A stretch of 64,000 bases of DNA, taken from positions 280,364,001 to 280,428,000 of the forward strand of contig OZ024740.1 in assembly GCA_964016885.1 (NCBI GenBank), written 5' to 3'. This document shows positions 44,530 to 58,469 of the stretch, in pieces. How positions within the stretch are numbered: position 1 is the stretch's first letter; each line of letters starts with the position of its first letter. A model generated the notes under the pieces. The model did not search any database. It saw nothing but the letters and a program-made list of their open reading frames with translations, and was not told the DNA's origin. Both the position numbers and the translations under genes were made by a program. The DNA comes from Eledone cirrhosa. Taxonomy: Eukaryota.

Positions 44530-44548
44530 GCATATATATACAGTATAT

Positions 44549-44579
<31 letters not shown>

Positions 44580-44589
44580 CAGTATATAT

Positions 44590-44648
<59 letters not shown>

Positions 44649-45142
44649 CACATATATATATATAAACATATACATATGTGTATATATATATATATATACA
44701 CGAGTATATGTGTGTATGTATGTCAGGTGTATTAATCTACGCCTGAATATATGCGTGTTATTTCGAAATAACGCGGGCCACTTTAACGTAAATAAAGTGG
44801 GGTTGTTAAAAAGTTAAGGAGTGAATTTATCTGTGATGTCACAACAATGAAATTACACGAATGAGGTAACGCCTTCAGATTCCATTTCTCTCCCACTACT
44901 TCAATATGACATAGTTATTTTCACTTTACTTTAGTGAGAAATATATAACATTTTTTAAACGAGTGCAGGAGATGAGTTATAGTAAGAGTAATTAATCCTG
45001 TTACGCTTGGCAGATAGGGAATACCCTATAATGTAGAATGGTGTGGCGACCACATAATACCATATTTGGGATGCCACCTACGTAACTTATACAACTGGAA
45101 GTCGTTTAGTTGGCCACTTATAAATATGATTATCACTATATA

Positions 45143-45170
45143 TATAAATAAAGATGATTGTTTGCAGTCA
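45143..45170 (+). promoter_or_regulatory. Candidate TATA box and initiator of the VWA gene
   Basis: TATAAATA followed by GCAGTC at 45164, ~120 nt upstream of the ATG; weak evidence in TA-rich DNA. Confidence 0.35.
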
Positions 45171-45288
45171 ATATAAACTGGATCCCTCTAAGTGTAAAGA
45201 TTAACACTCATCAGCCTGAAGCTCCTTTCAACAAGACAGCCGATTATTAAGATAAAATAACCTACACACATACACAAAAATCTTCATC

Positions 45289-45327
45289 ATGTTTTACCAA
45301 ACCGCCATAGTCTTCTGCCTCATGATG
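45289..45327 (+). CDS. VWA gene coding exon 1: signal peptide MFYQTAIVFCLMM
   Basis: ATG, 13 mostly hydrophobic codons, GTAAGT donor in phase 0 matching exon 2. Confidence 0.72.
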
Positions 45328-45426
45328 GTAAGTAACCACTAATATAATTTATGATTTATAACACATGTATATCACTTGTAAATTAATCATGTATCAAGAT
45401 AATTTCTAATTTTTACTATCAATACA

Positions 45427-45490
<64 letters not shown>

Positions 45491-45498
45491 TACACATA

Positions 45499-45555
<57 letters not shown>

Positions 45556-45578
45556 AATATATATATATATATATACAC

Positions 45579-45621
<43 letters not shown>

Positions 45622-45622
45622 T

Positions 45623-45655
<33 letters not shown>

Positions 45656-45698
45656 CGATATTAAATAAATGGAAACTATATTTATAAAACCATATTTA

Positions 45699-45760
45699 TT
45701 TCATTATATATATTTCAGGGATATCATATTAAAAATATGGTATGCCTTCATCAGACAAAA
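45699..45760 (-). ncRNA. Hammerhead, subfamily B (intron 1, antisense)
   Basis: ttttgt CTGATGA aggcatac...atatccct GAAA tatata TA atgaaa. Confidence 0.65.
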
Positions 45761-46150
45761 TACAATATAAACAGTCTTATAAATAGATAGATTATATATA
45801 TATACACTATTTATGTATTGAGTTTTTTACTCAGAAAGTTACCTATTATTATTAGAGTGGTTGTTTGGCAGAACTATTAGATCGTCAGTTAGAATGCCTT
45901 GCGGTGTTGGTGCCGGCTCTCTTCGTTTAAATTTAGCAAAGGTAAATTTTACATTCCACAGCTTCGAATTCACTAAATAAATTATTAGTTCAGAACTGGA
46001 GTCAATTCTTCTACACTGTTCCTATCTTGAAGAAATCAGCTGTGGTCAAACCTGAAAGGAAATGTACTCCATGAGGGTTAAAAACACACTGTGTCTCGAG
46101 AACACATTGTGGGTCTCTACGATTTGACCAGGAGTTGAGGCTGCACTAAA

Positions 46151-46194
<44 letters not shown>

Positions 46195-46264
46195 TTTATA
46201 TATATATATATATATATATATAATTCTTTACCTACACTCTAGCCCCACCTCTCTCTCGCTCTCG

Positions 46265-46693
<429 letters not shown>

Positions 46694-47078
46694 AATTAGT
46701 ATATCTACCAACATATATATACAGATGCTTACCTATGCTAGCAAATATATAGGTTTTTTTCTTAGTAACTTTGTGGTTCAATGCAAGGGGATGCAGATGT
46801 CACGTGATTGATTCTTTGCCACCGACCAAGTAGGCAGTGATTTTTTCAATGTCTTGGAATTTAGTCCACGCTTGCTTTTTTCCATCCACTGAATTATTTT
46901 TGTATAAGTTCCCTGTGTCCACGCATCGCCTGGAAAATTAGCTGAGAATAGACCTCCTGATGACGAAAGGCTTTCTCCATGGGTTCCATTCGGAAACCAT
47001 GTTTATTCCCTTTCAGAAACTAATTAGTTGGAGTGAAATTTTAGTAAGTTAATTTTTATAATTTTCTTATTTTACGTC

Positions 47079-47154
<76 letters not shown>

Positions 47155-47203
47155 AATGAAATAACAGTAGGCTGGACTGGTGTAAATCCTTGAAAGGTTC
47201 ATT

Positions 47204-47261
47204 ATACTATGATCATTTCAATGACCGGGTTCCATATGAATCCGGTGATATCATCAGGTAT
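47204..47261 (-). ncRNA. Type-I hammerhead
   Basis: atac CTGATGA tat.accgg...ccggt.att GAAA tgatca TA gtat. Confidence 0.75.
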
Positions 47262-47331
47262 TGGAATATAACAAACGAATATGTAAAAAGCCATGGGTCC
47301 GAAAAATCAGAAACAGAGGGGACGGCTAAAG

Positions 47332-47425
<94 letters not shown>

Positions 47426-47429
<4 letters not shown>

Positions 47430-48368
47430 GATAATAATGGAGCTGCGGCGCTGCAAATGGGTTACATATGAAAAAGTTTGTCCTCATCAGTGGCCATCCA
47501 ACCGTCGTAGGCATTTCGTCGCATTAAAGGCCATATACTTCAGGTTGGTGCGAGCAACGGCTAAAAAAAAGTCGTTGGGACACGTAAATAAAGGGGACGC
47601 TAGGGTAAACAAACAAAATGGTTTAAGCAGCAGAAAGTGATGAAGAAGGAAACAAGTCCCAGATTTCTATGAATATAAATTCGGTGGAATCGTGAACGAG
47701 AGAATAAAGACCATCAAACCTGGTTGAAATGTGAGCAAGGAAGGAATTTCGCACAGGTCTAACGGGAGGAAGAAGGGGTCTGGTCTGCGAATTCGGTAAG
47801 CATAAGTTCCGTGAAGTCGCAGACGAGAGAGAGAGAAAAAAAATTCATACCGGCTTGGTCAAGTGCCCGCGAGAAAAGGATTACGGACAGGTCAAACGGG
47901 AAGAAAGGGGAGGAGGAGAGGTAGTGACAGAGAGTGAGTGAGTGAAAGGTGAGGAAGAGGCTAACAGAGAGAGAGAGACTGCTAGAAAGGGTAAATACAC
48001 AAAGAACGAAACAGACTGGTGGCAGCGGATGAAAAAATATATGTGTAAATATGATAATAATGGAGCTGCGGCGCTGCAAATGGGTTACATATGAAAAAGT
48101 TTGTCCTCATCAGTGGCCATCCAACCGCCGTAGGCATTTCGTCGCATTAAAGGTCATATACCTCAGGTTGGTGCGAGCAACGGCTAAAAAAAGTCGTTGG
48201 GAAACGTAAATAAAGGGGACGCTAGGGTAAACAAACAAAATGGTTTAAGCAGCAGAAAGTGATGAAGAAGGAAACAAGTCCCAGATTTCTATGAATATAA
48301 ATTCGGTGGAATCGTGAACGAGAGAATAAAGACCATCAAACCTGGTTGAAATGTGAGCAAGGAAGGAA
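47426..48368. mobile_element. Non-coding ~623-bp unit with ~320-bp terminal direct repeat, flanked by (TA)n
   Basis: 47426-47747 is repeated near-identically at 48049-48368. Confidence 0.75.
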
Positions 48369-48756
48369 TATATATATATATATATATATGTATAAATATT
48401 TGAATATTTTATTTATCTATATAAGCGTATGTATATGTATAATGTATTTTTCAAAACTGTTGTCTTGTATGATGGAAAAATCGACATTTGATCAGAGATA
48501 AACCGTCTGACTGAAATCGTATGATTTGTCTAAACATGGTGATTCTTCCGTTGTCAGAGCTTTATGCCTTCTTGAGGGCTTATAAACTAGAACTATATTC
48601 TTATTATACAATTGGCTCATATGGTCTAGGCATGACTGTGTTGTTAAGAAGTTTTCGGGTTGAATCACGCGTTGGATAGATGTTTTTAATATCGTCTCCC
48701 CCCTCTCTCTTTCTCTTTCTAGCCCGTCCTTTTAATCTATCTAATTTCTCATTCTT

Positions 48757-48792
48757 TCTTCTGATGAAGGACTAGCGTCCGAAACGTTAAGA
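48757..48792 (+). ncRNA. Minimal hammerhead (intron 1, sense strand)
   Basis: tctt CTGATGA a ggac-tagc-gtcc GAAA cg TT aaga. Confidence 0.8.
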
Positions 48793-48883
48793 CCCATTTC
48801 CTGCTATTTCAAGCGTTAACTTAATATATTCCTTCCATATACTGTACCGATTGTGTTGTTATATCTGTTTACCTTTTACATCA

Positions 48884-48931
<48 letters not shown>

Positions 48932-49192
48932 TTGTAGGTTGTATGGTTGCGTGAAAAATGCGTCCGTAGGCGGTATGCCGGTTGAGCATTTGATGCTCGC
49001 GTAGAATAACATGATGTTAATATGTGCTGTAGATAGCTAATAACTAGAGATTTGAACACACAGAATCTGACGACCTGTCGATTACAGAGTCAGGTTCAAT
49101 CTATAATAGGTCTTGCCTCGAGCTGAAACATACGTAATATGTTATCAAAGATGTTATGATGCAACACTGAATCCTTGTTCCTTATCCTTATA

Positions 49193-49239
<47 letters not shown>

Positions 49240-50191
49240 GCCCTGAGATGAAATTTGCCTTTCATCCTTTCGAGTCAAAAAATGGAGTACCAGTCCATGG
49301 CGGTAGATTAGCGGAGTTGTGAAAGAGTCGAATGAGATGCTTTCTTAGCTCAAATACCGCTGTGGCTTGCTTGGATGGTAGATTTAGCCTGATTCTTGGT
49401 TTAATGTCACTCACTGAACCTTTGGAGCTTTGAGTTCATTTTGCACCAAGCACTCAGGCCATGTCTCCGATCTGAGAAAATTTCCTCCCCTCTGTAATCA
49501 ATTCTGGAGATCTTAAAAAATATAACGAGAACTGTCGTTTTCGTTTCTAACTTAACAGTAAAATATGTCTTGGTTCTGAAATTTTGTTATATTGGTTTAT
49601 AATATGTAAACATTCTCTAAAGCACATAATTCCTATGACTTACGCGAAACTTTTCCAAGATAATATGGTATACATTACAAAATATACCCAATCTAACAAT
49701 GTAGATGAAAAAGAGATACTGGGATACTTTAGCACACAGATTTCGGCAGTTTTACTGTCAATAACAAATCTATTGGAAAAAGGAAGATATTGCACTGAAT
49801 ATTACATAGAACACAACATATAACTGGAATTAACTAATACAAAAACTTCTAAAATACATTTGTGGTACACCTATCAATATCAACTTCATTTATCTATTAA
49901 TCGTATTCCTTTCCTGAACCTCTTTGGCTATGTCATTCCTTCTAGAAAATGACAGTAAAAAATTCACCAGTTTGTTTATTGTAAATTCTACTACAGTACT
50001 GGTTTATTATAAGGGCCATTAACAAAACTATAGAAAATGGACATGAGTGGATGCACGAATTTATTGGCATTCTTTTTTAAGTTTTGCTGTTTCAATTGTT
50101 GAATAAACCTTGTACACAAAATAAGTAAATCTGAAGAGTATAATGAGGTGAAGGGAAATACAAGGAGAGATAGAAACAGACAAAAAGAGGA

Positions 50192-50308
<117 letters not shown>

Positions 50309-50322
50309 GAAGGAGGGAGAGA

Positions 50323-50366
<44 letters not shown>

Positions 50367-50447
50367 GAGACCAACTGTTGTAGCGGATCGTTACTGTTTC
50401 AATATTGTTGTTGCATTGTTTTGTAGTAGGTATTTTATGTCAAAAGC

Positions 50448-50558
<111 letters not shown>

Positions 50559-50734
50559 GCATATATATATATTTGCATTTCGACGATCTGATAGAGCTAA
50601 CATCGTATTTAAAATTGAATGGCACTGCTTCTAGTGTTCAGCAATTTTTAGACAACTTTATCAGTGAAACAATTGTTAGACTTTAAATAAATCCCCCTTT
50701 TTGTACCGTTGACCATGTTATTCCCCACTTTTTC

Positions 50735-50776
<42 letters not shown>

Positions 50777-50888
50777 TTTGATATATAATACCACAAAACA
50801 GAGCTGGTCTGCTAGAGAACGGGTTGTAAGTGGCGGATAGCGATACAACCACTAGATATGATGGGAAAATGACACACACACACTCACA

Positions 50889-50943
<55 letters not shown>

Positions 50944-51505
50944 ACACACACACACACATTTATATATATATATAAATATATATATATGTCTGTGTGTGTG
51001 TGTAGTTGTGTCAAGAGTGATAAAAAACAAAATGATGATTCCAAAGAAGTAGTTTGAGTGTTAGAATAAACCTGAACAGATTGGATAGGCTTAAACAGTA
51101 AATCATTGCAATGGTTAGCCTAAAAAATACGAAAGCTTAAGAAACTTAAGAAGGCTTTAGTGAGGCTGCTAAATGTATTTTATGACATTTTAATCAAGCT
51201 TCTACACTCAATCCTTTTCAACTCCTTGGTAGTATTTACTGAACATAAAGAAACCATCCTTCAAGATAGATGCATATTGAAAATCGCAATTATTATTAAA
51301 CATATCACTTAAAGAGGATCTCTCGACATTTTCTCAAAATTTAGTATATGTTGTCAGAAGAGTTTGTTATACTTATTGATTATCTAATGATAGACATATC
51401 TAGAGTACTGCTTGAAGTACAAACATTTTAAGAGAGCAATGTTCCTTTCGTAATTACAGAACTTAACGGTTTTGAGTAAAGTATCAATCTTGGAAATAGT
51501 TTATA

Positions 51506-51785
51506 CTAGCAGAATGGCCCGGCGTTGCTCGCGATTTGCTCTAGGGTTCTTATATATTTGATATATATTTATCCTTATCGAGCCGCGTGAAATAAATACG
51601 TTTTTTTATATTTTGTTATTGTGTATGCAAAAATAACTGTACACGAATATATAATTATATATATATATATAAAAATAACAGATTAAAGTTTACGCAAGAA
51701 TCGCTGCTTTCACCCTTAACGGGATCTTCTGAAACTAAAAAAAATCAATCTGTGAACGCAGAAGTAAATATTTCGAAAAACGTTA

Positions 51786-51851
<66 letters not shown>

Positions 51852-52171
51852 TATATATACATATATACACACACAGATAGCGTCATAATGTCGTAATGCA
51901 GACAGCTAGACACACAGACAGATATTATAAAGGCGCAACGTTATATCTATGTATCTATCTAAAAAGAAAGACTAAGAATTATAGAGAGAGATCGCTAAAT
52001 CGCCTAATGCGGTCCCCAGGGCATTGAAAATTTGAAATATGTTTTGCTCAAAACACTCACAGGACCATAAGTATTACATGTGTAAAGTTTGAAAACAATC
52101 GGTTGGGTGGTTCTTGAGTTTTAGGGAGTCTGACAGAGACAGACAGACATTCTCTGTTTTAGATATATAGA
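51506..52171 (-). mobile_element. Non-autonomous Helitron-like element, copy of 15178-16032
   Basis: 5' TC, 3' hairpin remnant + CTAG; extensive identity to the first copy. Confidence 0.7.
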
Positions 52172-52838
52172 CTAGCAGAAAACCACCCACCGGGTGGTTT
52201 TCTGCTAGTATATATATATATTACACACACAGAAATGTATATATATTTCTGTGTGTATATATATATATTAGAGAGGGGGGAATTGAGGAGTGCTACAGAA
52301 ACATATATACATTTCTGTGTGTGTATAATATATATATATATTACACACACAGAAATGTATATATATTTCTGTGTGTATATATATGTATATATATATTACA
52401 CACACAGAAATGTATATATATTTCTGTGTGTATATATATATATATTACACACACAGAAATGTATATATATTTCTGTGTGTATATATATATATTTCTGTGT
52501 GTGTATATATATATATATATTACACACACACAGAAATGTATATATGTTTCTGTAGCACTCCTCAATTCCCCCTCTCTCCCCCTCTTGTAGTCTGTCTCTT
52601 TCTTTCACTCTCACTCTCTCTCTACGCGTGCGCAAAAAACATTCGCACGCGCGCACGTGTTTTAGCGTATATTCACTCTCTCTCTCTCCCTCTCTCCCTC
52701 TCGCTATCCCCCTCTCGTAGTCTGTCTCTTTCTTTCACTCTCTCTCTACGCGTGCGCAAAAAACATTCGCACGCGCGCACGTGTTTCCACTGTCGGACAG
52801 ACAGACAAAGAAAATCCTGGTTATATATTATAAGGAGA
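52172..52838 (-). mobile_element. Second Helitron-like element with internal palindromic minisatellite
   Basis: CTAG abutting the TC of the previous element; (CAGA)n near the other end; repeated ACACAGAAATGTATATATATTTCTGTGT. Confidence 0.5.
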
Positions 52839-53013
52839 TTACCTTCAACGTCTTTCCTTCCACAATAAATGGACAAACATGATGAACTCAGCATTTCCTC
52901 ATCTCATGATTAATTAACACGAATAATTAATCAAAAATATTTGTATAAATAAATGACCATGATTAAACTGACATTTATAACTAAGAATATATATTTGTTT
53001 AATTTTCTTCCAG

Positions 53014-53041
53014 GTCTCAGCGTTCAGTGTACCAATGAAAC
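53014..53041 (+). CDS. VWA gene exon 2 (28-nt micro-exon): VSAFSVPMK-R
   Basis: ttttcttccAG acceptor, GTAAGT donor; phase 0 to 1; completes the signal peptide. Confidence 0.75.
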
Positions 53042-53307
53042 GTAAGTTATAATCGTTTGGTTTTATATCGTTTACATAGTGAAGCATATCGTTTACTTTA
53101 GGTTACATTTTAAAACAGTATTCTCTTCTATAGTTTTTTAAGCGATCCCTTCACTACACACTACATTCTTTTGTTTCATCTAACATAATTTCATACGTAA
53201 AGGTTACAACATAAGGTTAATTTAGATCTTACAACTTTTCTTATTCAGATATTCGATCACATAAGAAATAAAAGTGGTTATAATTTCCAAACCTCCTTAC
53301 AAAATAT

Positions 53308-53495
53308 AACTGTTTCTACTTTAGGCACAAGGCCAGCAATCACCCAGTGCATTACTGGTACTTTATTTTATCGACCCCGTAAGGATGAAAGGCAAAGTCA
53401 ACCTCGGCCGGATTTGAACTCAGATCGTAAAGGGACGTAACTATGCTGGAAAGCATGGCGTCCGACCCTCTACCGATACTGCCAATCCACCGCCC
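53308..53495 (-). mobile_element. Nin-like tRNA-SINE copy
   Basis: Family match; TSD CTTACAAAATATAAC. Confidence 0.85.
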
Positions 53496-55776
53496 TTACA
53501 AAATATAACGAGCATGGGATACATTTAAACATTCTAGAATGCAATGGAAGCTAAGTCACTTTCCGATGAGTCGCTCTCATCCGGTATTTAATTCCCACAT
53601 AGTTGAACTTAAACTGCAATAGTTTAGAAGTTACCTTGCATACTAACAAACATATACACACACATGTATATGAAGCAGGGTACAAGAATAACAATACAAA
53701 CACAGATACAAAAACACAAAGTCTTAGATTCACGCTTGGGAATGAAGATAAATATGTTTCAACGTATCGGACATACATAAGATATAAATAATATCCTATC
53801 CATATCTGTATATAGGCGCATGTATAGTTGTCTGGTTAAGGAGTTAAATTTTCATTTTCAACAATGTGGTTTCAGTTTCATACTCACTGTGTAGTACCTT
53901 GGGCAGGTTTCTTCCTCATTATACTATCGGGTTGACAAACGCCTTTTGAGTGAAATTTAGTAAATGTAAACTGCAGAAGTTTGCAACACACACAGACACC
54001 CACACAGTCCGACACCCACCTCATTCCTGTGTGTGTGTGCGTCGGTGTCTGTGCTTATGTCCCGTAACTTAGCGTTTCGACAAAAAGGGATAAAAAAAAT
54101 ATATACCAGAATTGAAAAATATATAAGTACTGGGGCTGATTTGATCGACTTTACAGTGGTATTCTAGTATGGCCGAAATCTAATGACTGAAAACAGCAAA
54201 ACAATAAAAGGAAATAATATACTAAATATATCAATGCTGAATCGTGTGATCGTTATATCATTCACATGTGTTTGTCTATTGTACAAGAAAATATAAAAAG
54301 CGCACGTCAACAAGCCAAAACGCAATAATATTTACAAAAATTTCATCTCGTGCTATTTCAAGGATTGTTCTGTGTGTTCTTGAACTAATTTGCAGTTTTA
54401 TCTTTAAAGCAACAATTCAAAGTTTGACATTTATATACATGAATAATTTTATATCATATATTTTCTTATCCGTTTTTATATCAAATCGCCTGAAACAGTC
54501 ATAGAACTGTTTATTTCTATTTATATAGAAACCTTTCGTAATCATTTTACGTTAAGCTATTCTTTAAAAACTCTCGGGTCTCGTATAACCGTCTCTCTGG
54601 CTTATTAATTTTTTTAGAAATTTGGCCCATCACAGCTTATTAAATTTTCCTAATCTATCTCCAGCGAAATTTTATTTTAAGTGGTAGCATTCCTGCGACA
54701 ATTAATTTTGTTTATAAACATCGCGTATCATTCCATATTTAATATAATTGGTGGTATGATATGGACTCGTAACTGAGGGAGTCGCAGGTCGCCATATATG
54801 GGTATATTGACATACGGCAATAGGGCACTTTTAAACCTGGTGAAGCCCATCTCTTCTCCAGGTCTGAATACAGCAGATTTCTTCCAGAGAGGGATAGAGA
54901 ATGATAGAATGGAAGTAAAAAAGAAATATAGAGGAAGAATCGACTCCAGTCCTAGACGGGTACATTTCTTTTATTCGACTACGAATCGATGAAAAGCAAA
55001 GCTAACCTCGGCTGGATTTGAACTCAGAGAGTAAAGAGCTGAAACGAATATGCCAAAGCCTTCTATCCGACATTCTAATGACTCAGCTGTCGCCTTTCAA
55101 GATCATTAGTGGGTAGGATTAAAGACTTTGGTATTTGTTTCGAGCCCCATGCTTTCTGAGATCAAATCTCACTTAGGTCCACTTTGTTTTTCATCTTTTT
55201 AGAGGCAATAAACAAAGTACCAGAGCAGGGGACATGGATTAGCGGGATTGCTACAGAGTCTCTTGGAAAGCAGTGATGCTTCTACCAAGAGTTGCAACCG
55301 GCAGATATCAGTAATAGAAAGATCAATGGGAACAGTTTCTTTGGTGCGATATTACGATCGGACCCTTTCCTCGAATGTCTCAGTTATTTCACTATTACTT
55401 CAGTATCATAATGCAATATTTAAACAACTTTTTATGAAATAAAGTTTTTTTTTATTCATTTATACACTCAAACTCTCACATAATCCTTTTACGAAGCAGA
55501 AATTCAATTTAATAAAGGGAGAAAATATGGTGGTACTTATCGATTGCTGGAGAGATAAAAGACATTACCAACATGGGAAAATCTGTAATTAGAAGCTGGA
55601 GAGATGGAAATACTGTACACTATTTTTCTATCGCTCTTGTATTACAACCTTCACTGTACATAATGTAAATTAATGTAGTAAATGATTTATTTAGAAGTGA
55701 AATGTTATAATCAATAAATGACCAATTGTTATACGCGTATTTATTCAATTGTTTATTTATTTACTTTTAAATATAG

Positions 55777-56340
55777 GTTGCAAAGGAAAGGCAGTAAATT
55801 TGATGTTTGTAATGGATTCTTCAAGCAGTATTTGGGTTGAAGATTATAAAAAACAGCTACGATTTGCCCGTAAATTAGTGGACAACTTTGATATCGGTCA
55901 AAGTAACTCTCATGTACGTGTGGGAGCTATAACCTTTAGTCGACATGCTCATTTAGATATACCTTTAGGAAAATATGCCAGTAAAAAGAAATTGCAAGAA
56001 GCTATTCTAAAAATCCCTTATCGAACCGGAGAAACAAATACCGCTGAAGCTTTGCGCCTTCTAAGGAAAGAAATACAGCCAAAGATGAAAACTTACACGG
56101 CACCATTTATGGTAATAGTAATCACAGATGGGAAATCACGCGATGTCCACACTACTAGGTACGAAGCCAGTTTACTTCATAAAATTGGAGTCCATATTTA
56201 TGCCATTGGTGTCGGTTACAATTTTGACTTGAAGGAACTGAGGTCTATCGCCAGTGACCCCAGGAAAAATGTCCAGGTAGTGTCAAGTTACTCAGCTTTG
56301 GAGAATATAGCAAAGATATTTGGTGTAAAAACATGTGAAG
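55777..56340 (+). CDS. VWA gene exon 3: von Willebrand factor A domain (collagen VI/XII/matrilin-like)
   Basis: C....NLMFVMDSSSSI (MIDAS DxSxS), RVGAITFS, GETNTAEAL, IVITDG, IYAIGVG, EL..IASDP, terminal C; AG/GTGAGT boundaries, phase 1-1, 564 nt. Confidence 0.93.
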
Positions 56341-56608
56341 GTGAGTTGGAGAAAAATAATTCTTGAAGCTTCTAACTTTTCTCAGTGTTTCCTTCCTCAT
56401 ATTGTCTTTTGAATTCCTTATACCTCCCCATTTTCTTCTCCCCCTTTTCTCTTATCTCATTCCATTTACTAAAATTCATTATTCATTTTCTTTCTCTTTG
56501 TATATTTTGTTACTTTTCGTATTTGTCTCTGTTATTAAAGAGAAATGTAACAACAACCTTGTATAGAAATGTAACAACAACCTTAAGCTATTTATCAAAA
56601 TATTAATA

Positions 56609-56643
<35 letters not shown>

Positions 56644-56701
56644 AACTCGTCCCATGGACTGAGTGCTCTACCACTACGGATATTACCTTCCAGTGTTCTA
56701 C

Positions 56702-56737
<36 letters not shown>

Positions 56738-56783
56738 TAAAATGTTAACAAATGAAAAATATTCGCATAATCAAAATATATAC

Positions 56784-56844
56784 TTTATTATATATATTTC
56801 AAAGGTACTGTGTTGTTTTTTTCAGTACGTCCTCATCAGACAAA
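56784..56844 (-). ncRNA. Hammerhead, TATATA-stem-III family
   Basis: tttgt CTGATGA gga.gtactg...cagtac.ttt GAAA tatata TA ataaa. Confidence 0.7.
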
Positions 56845-56907
56845 ATATATGATAAATATATATAATATGTATTCGTTGAGTAATCAACGAACCATATTAA
56901 TCTTTGG

Positions 56908-56953
<46 letters not shown>

Positions 56954-57082
56954 AAGGTGTGGTAAGATACCAGGTGGACCATAACGCACCAGAGTACTCG
57001 ATACTTAGGGTAGTAGAGTGGGTAATATGAAAAGAGTCAGGAGCCCCGACGGCTGAGATCCAGCCGTTTCGACACCTTTATA

Positions 57083-57114
<32 letters not shown>

Positions 57115-57231
57115 GAAAAGATGTCGAAACGGCTGGATCTCATATATATATATCAACAACAACAATGCAAGTAACTCTATTTCCCACGCCACCACCTTAA
57201 ATAAAACTTAAGGTTCAATCTGATTTGTAGT

Positions 57232-57396
57232 CCCGGCCGACAGGATGGGGAAGACACTGCTTCGCTGGATGGTGAGGGAGGGGCTGCAACAGCTACTCCA
57301 CTCCGTGCGACTCGCAATTGCGTGTAGCCAACTCCGCTCCTATAACAGTGAGTAGGGATGTGGTCCGGGGACCAAGAATGCCGGAAGTCTCCACTG
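57232..57396 (-). mobile_element. CRE endonuclease fragment
   Basis: VETSGILGPRTT; homologous to 340-510. Confidence 0.65.
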
Positions 57397-58151
57397 AGAA
57401 TTCAAATATAATTGACCTGTAAATTAAATTAAGGAATCACAAATAACATATCTAACATATCTTACTGTAAATATCATGTAGGCATAGCTGCGAAGTTACG
57501 AAGTTCACTTCGCAATTACGTCATTCAGGGTTTGATCCCACGACGTGGCAATTTGAGCCAGTGTATTCTGTTGTAAACTTAAGTTGACGAATGTCTTTGA
57601 GTACATACAGTGGGCCCGCATCTTACGCTCTGCATTATTAAAAAATCATGTACGTTTAGGAAAACTCTTATATGAAAGCGTCTAGATCTGTCACTGTTTC
57701 GGAAGAGGCATAACTTCAGGTTTTCTGGAGTTGAGAAAACTACGTTGAGACGACTACATTTCAAAAATATGTATTAATTTATTTTCTGATCGTGATCGTG
57801 AGAAAATAAAATAAAGGACTGAATGCTATTCTAAATATTCTATTATCAACCAGCTTTTTTTTTTTTTGCAAACTTTTAATTGTATCAAATTTATATCATT
57901 TACGTCATTCATGCTGCCGAGAAACTATGATTGTCACGCTCTTTTATCCTATTTTCCTGTTAACTTGATGTATTGTGCTTGTCAAGAAATCAATACTCAT
58001 TGTCAACGAAATTCTTTATTCTTGATAAGCAAAGCAATATATATATTTCGTATAAAAGTAGCTAGAGACAACTTTCCTTACGTTATTTGCTTACATATAA
58101 CTTATCATACGTATATTTATATATATATATATATATATTTACTGTTTACAG

Positions 58152-58391
58152 ATATAACAACTCCACCACCAACCACAACAACTACTACTTTACCCACAAC
58201 TACAACAACAAGAGCTACTACAACTACTCGCCCAACAACAACAGCAACTACTACTACTCCAAAGCCAACAACAACTACTACTACTCCGAAACCAACAACA
58301 ACAACTACTACTACTCCGAAACCAACAACAACAACAACTACAACAGAAAAGCCACGGCGGACTTCTACTCATCTACAAAGAGACGAATCAA
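58152..58391 (+). CDS. VWA gene exon 4: mucin-like Thr/Pro stalk (TTTTTTPKP repeats)
   Basis: tttacAG acceptor, GTAAGT donor, phase 1-1, 240 nt; mixed Thr codons argue against a simple microsatellite. Confidence 0.85.
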
Positions 58392-58469
58392 GTAAGTAAA
58401 CTCACTTCAGAATATTGCTCCAATAGATAAACATTTAAAGAAGTCTCACAGTTGAAATAATAAATATAT

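Noticed and set aside
46953-46980. CTGATGACGAAA hammerhead candidate
   Set aside because: No stem II or III; likely a chance match.
52210-52560. CRISPR-like repeat-spacer array
   Set aside because: Eukaryotic context, no unique spacers; it is a palindromic minisatellite.
55749-56366. Single-exon 205-aa VWA ORF as given in the track
   Set aside because: Its ends are intronic; splice signals at 55776/55777 and 56340/56341 define the exon.
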